This document shows positions 51,701 through 63,400 of a DNA stretch of 64,000 nucleotides, in pieces. The notes below the pieces were generated by a model. That model was not told the origin of the DNA and made no database searches. It saw nothing but the letters and a program-made list of their open reading frames with translations. The stretch lies in NCBI GenBank assembly GCA_009914755.4, contig CP086569.2, forward strand, positions 20,992,001 through 21,056,000, in the 5' to 3' direction. Source of the stretch: the human T2T-CHM13v2.0 reference genome, Homo sapiens. The position numbers and the translations under genes were made by a program. The first letter of the stretch is position 1; each line of letters starts with the position of its first letter.

Positions 51701-52215
51701 TTACAGCACTTAATGTTGTCATGTCCAGGTATTTTTCCTTCAGATGTGTCCAGAATTTCTTCATTCTGGCTGGTTCATGGTCTTGTTCTCTTCAAGAATG
51801 AAGCTGCAGACCTTATTGGTGAGCGTTACAGCACTTAAAGGTTTTATATCCAGAGTTTGTTCCATAAGATATGTCTAGAGTTTCTTCCTTCTGGCTGGTG
51901 CATGATCTTGCTCACTTCAAGAATGAAGCTGCAGACCTTAGTGGTGAGAGTTACAGCACTTAAAGGTGTTATGTACAGAGTTTGCTCCTTGTGATGTGTG
52001 CAGAGTTTCTTCCTTCTGGCAGGTTCATGGTCTTGCTCACTTCAAGAATGATGCTGCAGACCTTTACGGTGAGTGTTACAGCTCTGAAAGGTGTTATATC
52101 CAGAGTTTGTTCCTTCAGATGTGTCCAGAGTTTCTTTCTCCTGGCAGGTTCATGGTCTTGCTCACTTCAAGAATGAAGCTCCAGACCTTTACGGTGAGTT
52201 TTACAGCACTTTGAG

Positions 52216-53179
52216 GTGTTATGTCCAGAGTTTGTTCCTTCAGTTGTGTCCAGAGTTTCTTCCTTCTGGCAGGTTCATGGTCTTGCTCGCTTCAAGAATG
52301 AAGCTGCAGACCTTGGTCGTGAGTGTTACAGCACTTACAGGTGTTATGTCCCGAGTTTGTTCCATCAGATGTGTCCAGAGTTTCTTCCTTTTGGCAGGTA
52401 CATGGTCTTGCTCATTTCTAGAATGAAGCTGCAGACCTTAGTGCTGAGTATTACAGAACTTAAAGGTGTTATGTAAAGGGTTTGTTCCTTCAGATGTGTC
52501 AAAAGTTTCTTCCATCTGGCAGGTTCATGGTCTTGCTCACTTCAAGAATGATGTTGCAGAGCTTTACGGTGAATGTTACAGCACTTATAGCTGTTATATC
52601 CAGATTTTGTTCCTTCAGATGTGTCCAGAGTTTCTTTCTTCTGGCAGGTTCATGGTCTTGCTCACTTCAAGAATGAATGAAGCTGTAGACATTTACGTTG
52701 AGTGTTACAGCATATAAAGGTGTTATGTCTAGAGTTTGGTCCTTCAGATATGTCCAGAGTTTCTTCCTTCGGGCAGGTTCATGGTCTTGCTCACTTCAAG
52801 AATGAAGCTGCAGACATTATTGTTGAGGGTTACAGCACTTAAATGTGTTATGTCCAGAGTTTTTCCTTCAGATATGTCCAGAGTTTCTTCCTTCTGGCAG
52901 GTTCATGGTCTTGCTCAATTCAAGAATGAAGCTGCCGACCTTAGTGGTGAGTGTTACAGCACTTTAAGGTGTTATGTCCAGAGTTTGTTCCTTCAGATGT
53001 GTCCAGAGTTTCTTCCTACTGGCACGTTCATGGTCTTGCTCACTTCAAGAAAGAAGCTGCAGACCTTAGTGGTGAGTGTTACAGTACTTAAAGGTGTTAT
53101 GTCCAGAGTTTTTTCCTTCAGATGTGTCCAGAGTTTCTTTCATCTGGCAGGTTCATGGTCTTGCTCACTTCAAGAGTGA
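52216..53179. repeat. Block duplicated at 55731-56672 (offset about 3515)
   Basis: ORF 52216 matches 55731 with 3 differences over 86 aa. ORF 52736 (147 aa) matches ORF 56250 (140 aa) with about 6 differences. Confidence 0.8.
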
Positions 53180-53750
53180 AGCTGCAAAATTTATTGGTGA
53201 TTGTTACAGCACCTAAATGTGTTATGTCCAGAGTTTGTACCTTCAGATGTGTCCAGATATTCTTCCTTCTGGCATGTTAATGGTCTTGCTCACTTCAAGA
53301 AAGAATGAAGCTGCAGACCTTTACGGTGAGTGTTACAGCATATAAAGGTGTTATGTCCAGAGTTTGGTCCTTCAGATGTGTCCAGAATTTCTTCTATCGG
53401 GCAGGTTCATGGTCTCGCTCACTTCAAGAATGAAGCTGCAGACCTTATTGGTGAGGGTTACAGCACGTAAAGGTGTTATGTCCAGAGTTTTTTCCTTCAG
53501 ATGTGTGAAGAGTTTCTTCCTTCTGGAAGGTTCATGGTCTTGCTCACTTCAAGAATCAAGCTGCAGACCTTAGTGGTGAGGGTTACAGCAGTTAAAGGTG
53601 TTATGTCCAGAGTTTATTCCTTCAGATGTGTCCAGAGTTTCTTCCTTCTGGCAGGTTCATGGTCTTGCTCACTTCAAGAATGAAGCTGCAGACCTTAGTA
53701 GTGAGTGTTACAGCACTTAAAGGTGTTATGTCCAGAGTTTTTTCCTTCAG

Positions 53751-54062
53751 ATGTGTCCAGAGTTTCTTTCATCTGGCAGGTTCATGGTCTTGCTCACTTC
53801 AAGAGTGAAGCTGCAAAATTTAGTGGTTATTGTTACAGCACATAAAGGTGTTATGTCCAGAGTTTGTTCTTTCAGATGTGTCCAGATATTCTTCCTTCTG
53901 GCATGTTCATGGTCTTGCTCACTTCAAGAAAGAATGAAGCTGCAGACCTTTACGGTGAGTGTTACAGCATATAAAGGTGTTATGTCCAGAGTTTGGTTCT
54001 TCAGATGTGTCCAGAATTTCTTCTTTCGGGCAGGTTCATGGTCTTGCTCACTTGAAGAATGA
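53751..54062. repeat. Dimer block recurring at 57765-58076 and 60616-60957
   Basis: The three ORFs share the diagnostic string VIVTAHKGVMSRVCSFRCVQIFFLLACS...RMKLQTFTVSVTA.KGVMSRVWFFRCVQNFFFRA and end ...SLEE. Confidence 0.75.
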
Positions 54063-57014
54063 AGCTGCAGACCTTGGTGTTGAGTGTTACAGCATTTTAA
54101 GGTGTTATGTGCAGAGTTTGTTCCATCAGATGTGTATAGAGTTTCTTCCTTCTGGCAGGTTCATGGTCTTGCTCACTTCAAGAGTGAAGCTGCAGAATTT
54201 AGTGGTGAGTGTTACAGCACTTAAAGGTGTTATGTCCAGAGTTTGTTCCTTCAGATGTGTCCAAAGTTTCTTCAATCTGGCAGGTTCATGGTCTTGCACA
54301 CTTCAAGAGTGAAGGTGCAGAATTTAGTGGTGAGTGTTACAGCACTTAAAATTGTTATGTCCAGAGTTTGTTATTTCAGATGTGTCCAGATATTCTTCCT
54401 TCTGGCAGGTTCATGGTCTTGCTCACTTCAAGAAAGAATGAAGCTGCTGACCTTTACGGTGAGTGTTACAGCATATAAAGGTGTTTTGTCCAGAGTTTGG
54501 TCCTTCAGATGTGTCCAGAAGTTCTTCCTTCGGGCAGGGTCATGGTCTTACTCACTTCAAGAATGAACCTGCAGACCTTGATGGTGAGTGTTACAGCACT
54601 TAATTGTGTTATATCCAGACTTTGTTCCATCTGCTGTGTATAGAGTTTCTTCTTTCTGGCAGTTTTATGGCCTTGCTCACTTCAAGAATGAAGCTGCAGA
54701 ACTTAGTGGTGAGTGTTACAGCACATAAAGCTGTTATGTCCAGAGTTTGGTCCATCACATATGTATAGAGTTTCTTCCTTCTGGCAGGTTGATGGACTTG
54801 CTCAATACAAGAACGAAGCTGTAGACCTTTACGGTGAGTGTTACAGCACTTAAAGGTGTTATATCCAGAGTTTGTTCCTTCAGATGTGTCCAGAGTTTCC
54901 TTCTTCTCTCAGGTTCATGGCCTTGCTCACGTCAAGAATGAATCTCCGGACGTTTACGGCGAGTTTTACAGCATTTAAAAGTGGTATGTCCAGAGTTGTT
55001 CCTTCAGTTTTGTTCAGAGTTTCTTCCTTCTGGCAGGTTCATGGTCTTGCTCACTTCAAGAATGAAGCTGCAGACCTTGGTGGTGAGTGTTACCGCACTT
55101 AAAGGTGTTATGTCCAGAGTTGGTTCCATCAGATGTGTCCAGAGTTTTTTCCTTCTGGCATGTTCATGGTCTTGCTCACTTCAAGAAAGAATGAAGCTGC
55201 AGAACTTTACGGTGAGTGTTACAGCATATAAAGTGTTGTGTCCAGAGTTTGTTCCTTCAGATGTGTCCAGAGTTTCTTCCTTCTGGCAGGTTCATTGTCT
55301 TGCTCACTTCAAGGATGAGGCTGCAGACCTAGGTGGTGAGTGTTACAGCACTTAAAGGTGTTATGTCCAGAGTTTATTCCTTCAGACGTGTCCAGAGTTT
55401 CTTTCTTCTAGCAGGTTCATGGTCTTGTTCACTTCAAGAATGAAGCTCCAGTCCTTTACGGTGAGTGTTACAGCACTTAAAGGTGTTATGTCCAGAGTTT
55501 GTTCCTTCAGATGTGTCCAGAGTTTCTTCCTTCTGGCAGGTTCAGGGTCTTGCTCACTTCAAGAATGAAACTGCAGACCATTACGGTGAGTGTTACAGCA
55601 CTTAAAGGTGTTATGTCCAGAGTTTTTTCCTTCAGATGTGTCCAGTTTCTTCCTTCTGGCAGGTTCATGGTCTTACTCACTTCAAGAAGGAATCTGTAGA
55701 CCTTTACGGTGAGTGTTCCAGAACTGAAAGATGTTATGTCCAGAGTTTGTTCCTTCAGATATTTGCAGAGTTTCTTCCATCTGGCAGGTTCATGGTCTTG
55801 CTCACTTCAAGAATGAAGCTGCAGACTTTGGTCGTGAGTGTTACAGCACTTACAGGTGTTATGTCCCGAGTTTGTTCCATCAGATGTGTCCAGAGTTTCT
55901 TCCTTTTGGCAGGTACATGGTCTTGCTCATTTCAAGAATGAAGCTGCAGACCTTAGTGTTGAGTGTTACAGCACTTAAAGGTGTTATGTAAAGTGTTTTT
56001 TCCTTCAGATGTGTCCAAAGTTTCTTCAATCTGGCAGGTTCATGGTTTGCTCACTTCAAGAATGATGTTGCAGAGCTTTACGGTGAGTGTTACAGCACTT
56101 AAAGTTGTTATATCCAGAGTTTGTTCCTTCAGATGTGTCCAGAGTTTCTTCCTTCGGGCAGGTTCATGGTCTTGCTCACTTCAAGAATGAATGAAGCTGC
56201 AGACCTTTACGTTGAGTGTTACAGCATATAAAAGTGTTATGTCCAGAGTTTGGTCCTTCAGATGTGTCCAGAGTTTCTTCCTTCGGGCAGGTTCATGATC
56301 TTGCTCACTTCAAGAATGAAGCTGCAGACATTATTGGTGAGGGTTACAGCACTTAAATGTGTTATGTCCAGAGTTTTTCCTTCACATATGTCCAGAGTTT
56401 CTTCCTTCTGGCAGGTTCATTGTCTTGCTCAATTCAAGAATGAAGCTGCCGACCTTAGTGGTGAGTGTTACAGCACTTTAAGGTGTTATGTCCAGACTTT
56501 GTTCCTTCAGATGTGTCCAGAGTTTCTTCCTACTGGCAGGTTCATGGACTTGCTCACTTCAAGAATGAAGCTGCAGACCTTAGTGGTGAGTGTTACAGTA
56601 CTTAAAGTTGTTATTTCCAGAGTTTTTTCCTTCAGATGTGTCCAGAGTTTCTTCCATCTGGAAGGTTCATAGTCTTGCTCACTTCAAGAGTGAAGCTGCA
56701 AAATTTAGTGGTGATTGTTACAGCACTTAAATGTGTTATGTCCAGAGTTTATACCTTCAGATGTGTCCAGATATACTTCCTTCTGGCATGTTCATGATCT
56801 TGCTCACTTCAAGAAAGAATGAAGCTTCAGACTTTTGCGGTGAGTGTTACAGCATATAAAGGTGTTATGTCCAGAGTTTGGTCCTTCAGATGTGTCCAGA
56901 ATTTCTTCTTTCGGGCAGGTTCATGGTCTTGCTCACTTCAAGAATGAAGCTGCAGAACTTGGTGGTGAGTTTTACAGCAGTTAAAGGTGTTATGTCCGGA
57001 ATTTTTTCCATCAG

Positions 57015-57447
57015 ATGTGTATAGAGTTTCTTCCTTCTCTCATGTTCATGGTCTTGCTCACTTCAAGAATGAAGCTGCAGACATTTACGGTGAGTGTCAC
57101 AGCACTTAAAGGTGTTATGTCCAGAGTTTGTTCATTCAGATGTGTCCAGAATTTCTTCCTTCTGGCAGGTTCATGGTCTTGCTCACTTCAAGAATGAAGC
57201 TGCAGACCTTTAGGGTGAGTGTTACAGCAATTAAAAGTGTTATGTCCAGAGTTTGTTCCTTCATATGTGGCCAGAGTTTCTTCTTTCTGGCAGGTTCATG
57301 ATCTTGCTCCCTTCAAGAATGAAGCTGCAGACTTTTACGGTGAGTGTTACAGCACTTAAAGGTGTTATGTCCAGAGTTTGTTCCTTTAGATGTGTCCAGA
57401 GTTTCTTCCTTCAGGCAGGTTCATGGTCTTGCTCACTTCAAGAATGA
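57015..57447. repeat. Block duplicated at 59897-60329 (offset 2882)
   Basis: ORF 57015 matches 59897. ORF 57253 (MFLHMWPEF) is similar to the region around 60135 (MLLHMWPEF). Confidence 0.7.
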
Positions 57448-60400
57448 ACCTGCAGACCTTAGTGGTGACGGTTACAACACTTAAATGTGTTATGTCCAGA
57501 GTTTTTTCCTTCAGATGTGTCCAGAGTTTCTTCCTTCTGGCAGTTTCATGGTCTTGCTCAATTCAAGAATGAAGCTGCAGACTTTAGTGGTGAGTGTTAC
57601 AGCACTTAAAAGTGTTATGTCCGGAGTTTATTCCTTCAGATGTGTCCAGAGTTTCTTCCTTCTGGCAGGTTCCTGGTCTTGCTCACTTCAAGAATGAAGC
57701 TGCAGACCTTAGTAGTGAGTGTCACAGCAATTAAAGGTGTTATGTCCAGAGTTTCTTCCTTCAGATGTGTCCAGAGTTTCTTCTATCTGGCAGGTTCATG
57801 GTCTTGCTCCCTTCAAGAGTGAAGCTGCAAAATTTAGTGGTTATTGTTACAGCACATAAAGGTGTTATGTCCAGAGTTTGTTCCTTCAGATGTGTCCAGA
57901 TATTCTTCCTTCTGGCATGTTCATGGTCTTGCTCACTTCTAGAAAGAATGAAGCTGCAGACCTTTACGGTGAGTGTTACAGCATTTAAAGGTGTTATGTC
58001 CAGAGTTTGGTTCTTCAGATGTGTCCAGAATTTCTTCTTTCGGGCAGATTCACGGTGTTGGTCACTTGAAGAATGAAGCTACAGACCTTGGTGGTGAGTG
58101 TTACAGCACTTAAAGTTGTTATGTGCAGAGATTGTTCCATCAGATGTGTATAGAGTTTCTTCCTTCTGGCAGGTTCATGGTCTTGCTCACTTCAACAATG
58201 AAGCTCCAGAACGTTACGGTGAGTGTTACAGCACTTAATGTTGTCATGTCTAGGGTTTGTTCCTTCAGATGTGTCCAGAGATTCTTCATTCTGGCAGGTT
58301 CATTGTCTTGTTCTGCTCAAGAATGGAGCTGCAGACCGTTAGGGTGAGTGTTACAGCACTTAAAAGTGTTATGTCCAGAGTTTGTTCCTTCAGATGTGGC
58401 CAGAGTTTCTTCTTCTGGCAGGTTCATGGTCTTCCTCACTTCAAGAATGAAGCTGGAAACCCTTACGGTGCGTGTTACAGCACTTAATGTTTTCATGTCC
58501 AGGTTTTTTTCCTTCAGATGTGTCCAGAATTTCTTCATTCTGGCAGGTTCATGGTCTTGTTCTCTTCAAGAATGAAGCTGCAGACATTAGTGGTGAGCGT
58601 TACAGCACTTAAAGGTTTTATGTCCAGAGTTTATTCCATAAGATGTGTCTATAGTTTCTTCCTTCTGGCAGGTGAATGGTCTTGCTCACTTCAAGAATGA
58701 AGCTGCAGACCTTAGTGGTGAGTGTTACAGCGCTTAAAGGTGTTATGTAAAGAGTTTGTTCCTTGTGATGTGTGCAGAGTTTCTTCCTTCTGGCAGGTTC
58801 ATGGTCTTGCTCACTTCAAAAATGATGCTGCAGACTTTTACGGTGAGTGTTACAGCACTTAAAGGTGTTATATCCAGAGTTTGTTCCTTCAGATGAGTCC
58901 AGAGTTTCTTTCTCCTGGCAGGTTCATGGTCTTGCTCCCTTCAAGAATGAAGCTCCAGACCTTTACGGTGAGTTTTACAGCATTTAAAGGTGTTATGTCC
59001 AGAGTTTGTTCCTTCAGTTGAGTCCAGAGTTTCTTCCTTCTGGCAGGGTCATGGTCTTGCTCACTTCAAGAATGAAGCTGCAGACCTTGGTCGTGAGTGT
59101 TACAGCACTTACAGGTGTTATGTCCGGAGTTTGATCCATCAGATATGTCCAGAGTTTCTTCCTTTTGGCAGGTACATGGTCTTGCTCATTTCAAGAATGA
59201 AGCTGCAGATCTTAGTGCTGAGTGTTACAGCACTTAAAGGTGTTATGTAAAGAGTTTGTTCCTTCAGAGGTGTCCAATGTTTCTTCAATCTGGCAGGTTC
59301 ATGGTCTTGCTCACTTCAAGAATGATGTTGCAGAGCTTTGCGGTGAGTGTTACAGCACTTAAAGGTGTTATATCCAGAGTTTGTTCCTTCCGATGTGTCC
59401 AGAGTTTCTTTCTTCTGGCAGGTTCATGGTCTTGCTCACTTCAAGAATGAAGCTGCAGAACTTAGTGGTGAGTGTTACAGTACTTAAAGGTGTTATGTCC
59501 AGAGCTTTTTCCTTCAGATGTGTCCAGAGTTTCTTCCATCTGGCAGGTTCATTGTCTTGCTCACTTCAAGAATGAAGCTGCAAAATTTAGTGGTGATTGT
59601 TACAGCACTTAAATGTGTTATGTCCAGAGTTTGTACCTTCAGATTTGTCCAGATATTCTTCCTTCTGGCATGTTCATGGTCTTGCTCACTTCAAGAAAGA
59701 ATGAAGCTGCAGACCTTTACGGTGAGTGTTACAGCATACAAAGGTGTTATGTCCAGAGTTTGGTCCTTCAGATGTGTCCAGAATTTCTTCTTTCGGGCAG
59801 GTTCATGGTCTTGCTCACTTCAAGAATGAAGCTGCAGACCTTGGTGGTGAGTTTTACAGCAGTTAAAGGTGTTATGTCCGGAGTTTTTTCCATCAGATGT
59901 GTATAGAGTTTCTTCCCTCTGGCATGTTAATGGTCTTGCTCACTTCAAGAATGAAGCTGCAGACCTTTACGGTGAGTGTCACAGCACTTAAAGGTGTTAT
60001 GTCCAGAGTTTGTTCATTCAGATGTGTCCAGAATTTCTTCCTTCTGGCAGGTTCATGGTCTTGCTCACTTCAAGAATGAAGCTGCAGATCTTTAGGGTGA
60101 GTGTTACAGCACTTAAAAGTGTTATGTACAGAGTGTGTTACTTCATATGTGGCCAGAGTTTCTTCCTTCTGTCAGGTTCATGGTCTTGCTCACTTCAAGA
60201 ATGAAGCTGCAGACCTTAGTGGTGAGGGTTACAGCACTTAAAGGTGTTATGTCCAGAGTTTTTTCCTTCAGATGTGTCAAGAGTTTCTTCCTTCTGGAAG
60301 GTTCATGGTCTTGCTCACTTCAAGAATGAAGCTGCAGACCTTAGTGGTGACGGTTACAGCACTTAAAGGTGTTATGTCCAGAGTTTTTTCCTTCAGATGT

Positions 60401-63400
60401 GTCCAGAGTTTCTTCCTTCTGGCAGGTTCATGGTCTTGCTCAATTCAAGAATGAAGCTGCAGACCTTAGTGGTGAGGGTTACAGCACTTAAAGGTGTTAT
60501 GTCCAGAGTTTATTCCTTCAGATGTGTCCAGAGTTTCTTCCTTCTGGCAGGTTCATGGTCTTGCTCACTTCAAAATGAAGCTGCAGACCTTAGTAGTGAG
60601 TGTTACAGCACCTAAATGTGTTATGTCCAGAGTTTTTTCCTTCAGATATGTCCAGAGTTTCTTCTATCTGGCAGGTTCATGGTCTTGCTCACTTCAAGAG
60701 TGAAGCTGCAAAATTTAGTGGTTATTGTTACAGCACATAAAGGTGTTATGTCCAGAGTTTGTTCCTTCAGATGTGTCCAGATATTCTTCCTTCTGGCATG
60801 TTCATGTTCTTGCTCACTTCAAGAAAGAATGAAGCTGCAGACCTTTACGGTGAGTGTTACAGCATATAAAGTTGTTATGTCCAGAGTGTGGTTCTTCAGA
60901 TGTGTCCAGAATTTCTTCTTTCGGGCAGGTTCATGGTCTTGCTCACTTGAAGAATGAAGCTGCAGACCTTGGTTGTGAGTGTTACAAAACTTAAAGGTGT
61001 TATGTGCAGAGTTTGTTCCATCAGATGTGTATAGAGTTTCTTCCTTCTGGCAGGTTCATGGTCTTGCTCACTTCAACAATGAAGCTCCAGAACGTTACGG
61101 TGAGTGTTACGGTACTTAATGTTGTCATGTCCAGGGTTTGTTCCTTCAGATGTGTCCAGAGTTTCTTCATTCTGTCAGGTTCATTTTCTTGTTCTCCTCA
61201 ATAATTAAGCTGCAGACCTTAGTGGTGAGCGTTACCGCACTTAAAGGTTTTATGTTCAGAGTTTGTTCCATAAGATGTGTCCAGAGTTTCTTTCTTATGG
61301 CAGGTTCATGGTCTTGCTCACTTCAAGGATGAAGCTCCAGACCTTTACGGTGAGTTTTACAGCACTTAAAAGCGTTATGTCCAGAGTTTGTTCCTTCAGT
61401 TGTGTCCAGAGTTTCTTCCTTCTTTCAGGTTCATGGTCTTGCTCACTTCAAGAATGAACCTGCAGACCTTGGTCGTGAGTGTTACAGCACTTACAGGTGT
61501 TATGTTCCGAGTTTGTTCCATCAGATGTGTCCAGAGTTTCTTCCTTTTGGCAGGTACATGGTCTTGCTCATTTCAAGAATGACGCTGCAGATCTTAGTGG
61601 TGAGTGGTAGAGCACTTAAAGGTGTTATGTAAAGAGTTTTTTCCTTCAGATGTTTCCAAAGTTTCTTCAATCTGGCAGATTCATGGTCTTGCTCACTTCA
61701 AGAATGATGTTGCAGAGCTTTACGGTGAGTGTTACAGCACTTAAAGGTGTTATATCCAGAGTTTCTTCCTTCAGATATGACCAGAGTTTCTTTCTTCTGG
61801 CAGGTTCATGGTCTTGCTCACTTCAAGAATGAATGAAGCTGCAGACCTTTACGTTGAGTGTTACAGCATATAAAGGTGTTATGTCCAGAGTTTGGTCCTT
61901 GAGATGTGTCCAGAGTTTCTTCCTTCGGGCTGGTTCATGGTCTTGCTCACTTCAAGAATGAAGCTGCAGACATTATTGGTGAGGGTTACAGCACTTAAAG
62001 TTGTTATGTCCAGAGTTTTTTCCTTCAGATGTGTCTAGAGTTTCTTCCTTCTGGCAGGTTCATGGTCTTGCTCAATTCAGGAATGAAGCTGCAGACCTTA
62101 GTGGTGAGTGTTACAGCACTTAAAGGTGTTATGTACAGAGTTTGTTCCTTCAGATGTGTCCAGAGTTTCTTCCTTCTGGCAGGTTCATGGTCTTGCTCAG
62201 TTCAAGAATGAAGCTGCAGACCTTAGTGGTGAATGTTACAGCACTTAAATGTGTTATATAAAGAGTTTGTTCCTTCAGATGTGTCCAAAGTTTCTTCAAT
62301 CTGGCAGGTTCATGGTCTTGCTCACTTCAAGAATGAAGCTGCAGACCTTTAGGGTGAGTGTTACAGCACTTAAAAGTGTTATGTCCAGAGTTTGTTCCTT
62401 CATATGTGGCCAGAGTTTCTTCCTTCTGGCAGGTTCATGGTCTTGCTCACTTCAAGAATGAAGCTGCAGACCTTTACGGTGAGTGTTACAGCATTTAAAC
62501 GTGTAATCTCCAGAGTTTGTTCCTTTAGATGTGTCCAGAGTTTCTTCCTTCAGGCAGGTTCATGGTCTTGCTCACTTCAAGAATGAAGCTGCGGACCTTA
62601 GTGGTGAGGGTTACAGCACTTAAAGGTGTTATGTCCAGAATTTTTTCCTTCAGATGTGTCCAGAGTTTCTTCCTTCTGGCAGGTTCATGGTCTTGCTCAC
62701 TTCAAGAATGAAGCTGCAGACCTTAGTGGTGAGGGTTACAGCACTTAAAGGTGTTATGTCCAGAGTTTTTTCCTTCAGATGTGTCCAGAGGTTCTTCCTT
62801 CTGGCAGGTTCATGGTCTTGCTCAATTCAAGAATGAAGCTGCAGACGTTAGTGGAGAGTGTTACAGCACTTAATGGTGTTATGTCCAGAGTTTTTTCCTT
62901 CAGATGTGTCCAGAGTTTCTTCCTTCTGGCAGGTTCATGGTCTTGCTCAATTCAAGATTGAAGCTGCAGACCTTAGTGGTGAGTGTTACAGCAGTTAAAG
63001 GTGTTATGTCCAGAGTTTTTTCCTTCAGATGTGTCCAGATTTTCTTCCATCTGGCAGGTTCATGGTCTTGCTCACTTCAAGAGTGAAGCTGCATAATTTA
63101 GTGGTGATTGTTACAGCACTTAAAGGTGTTATGTCCAGAGTTTGTTCCTTCAGATGTGTCCAGATATTCTTCCTTCTGGCATGTTCATGGTCTTGCTCAC
63201 TTCAAGAAAGAATGAAGCTGCAGACCTTTACGGTGTGTGTTGCAGCATATAAAGGTGTTATTTGCAGATTTTTGTCCTTCAGATGTGTCCAGAATTTCTT
63301 CTTTCGGGCAGGTTCATGGTCTTGCTCACTTCAAGAATGAAGCTGCAGACCTTGGTGGTGAGTGTTACAGCACTTAAAGGTGTTATGTCCAGAGTTTGTT

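Noticed and set aside
23311-58538. Five minus-strand ORFs (23311-23532, 29813-30007, 36075-36338, 51543-51764, 58317-58538)
   Set aside because: Each sits where a variant monomer happens to lack minus-strand stops. Their peptides are again repeat translations (for example KLWTHLKEQTLDITPLSAVTLT recurs in several). No support for coding.
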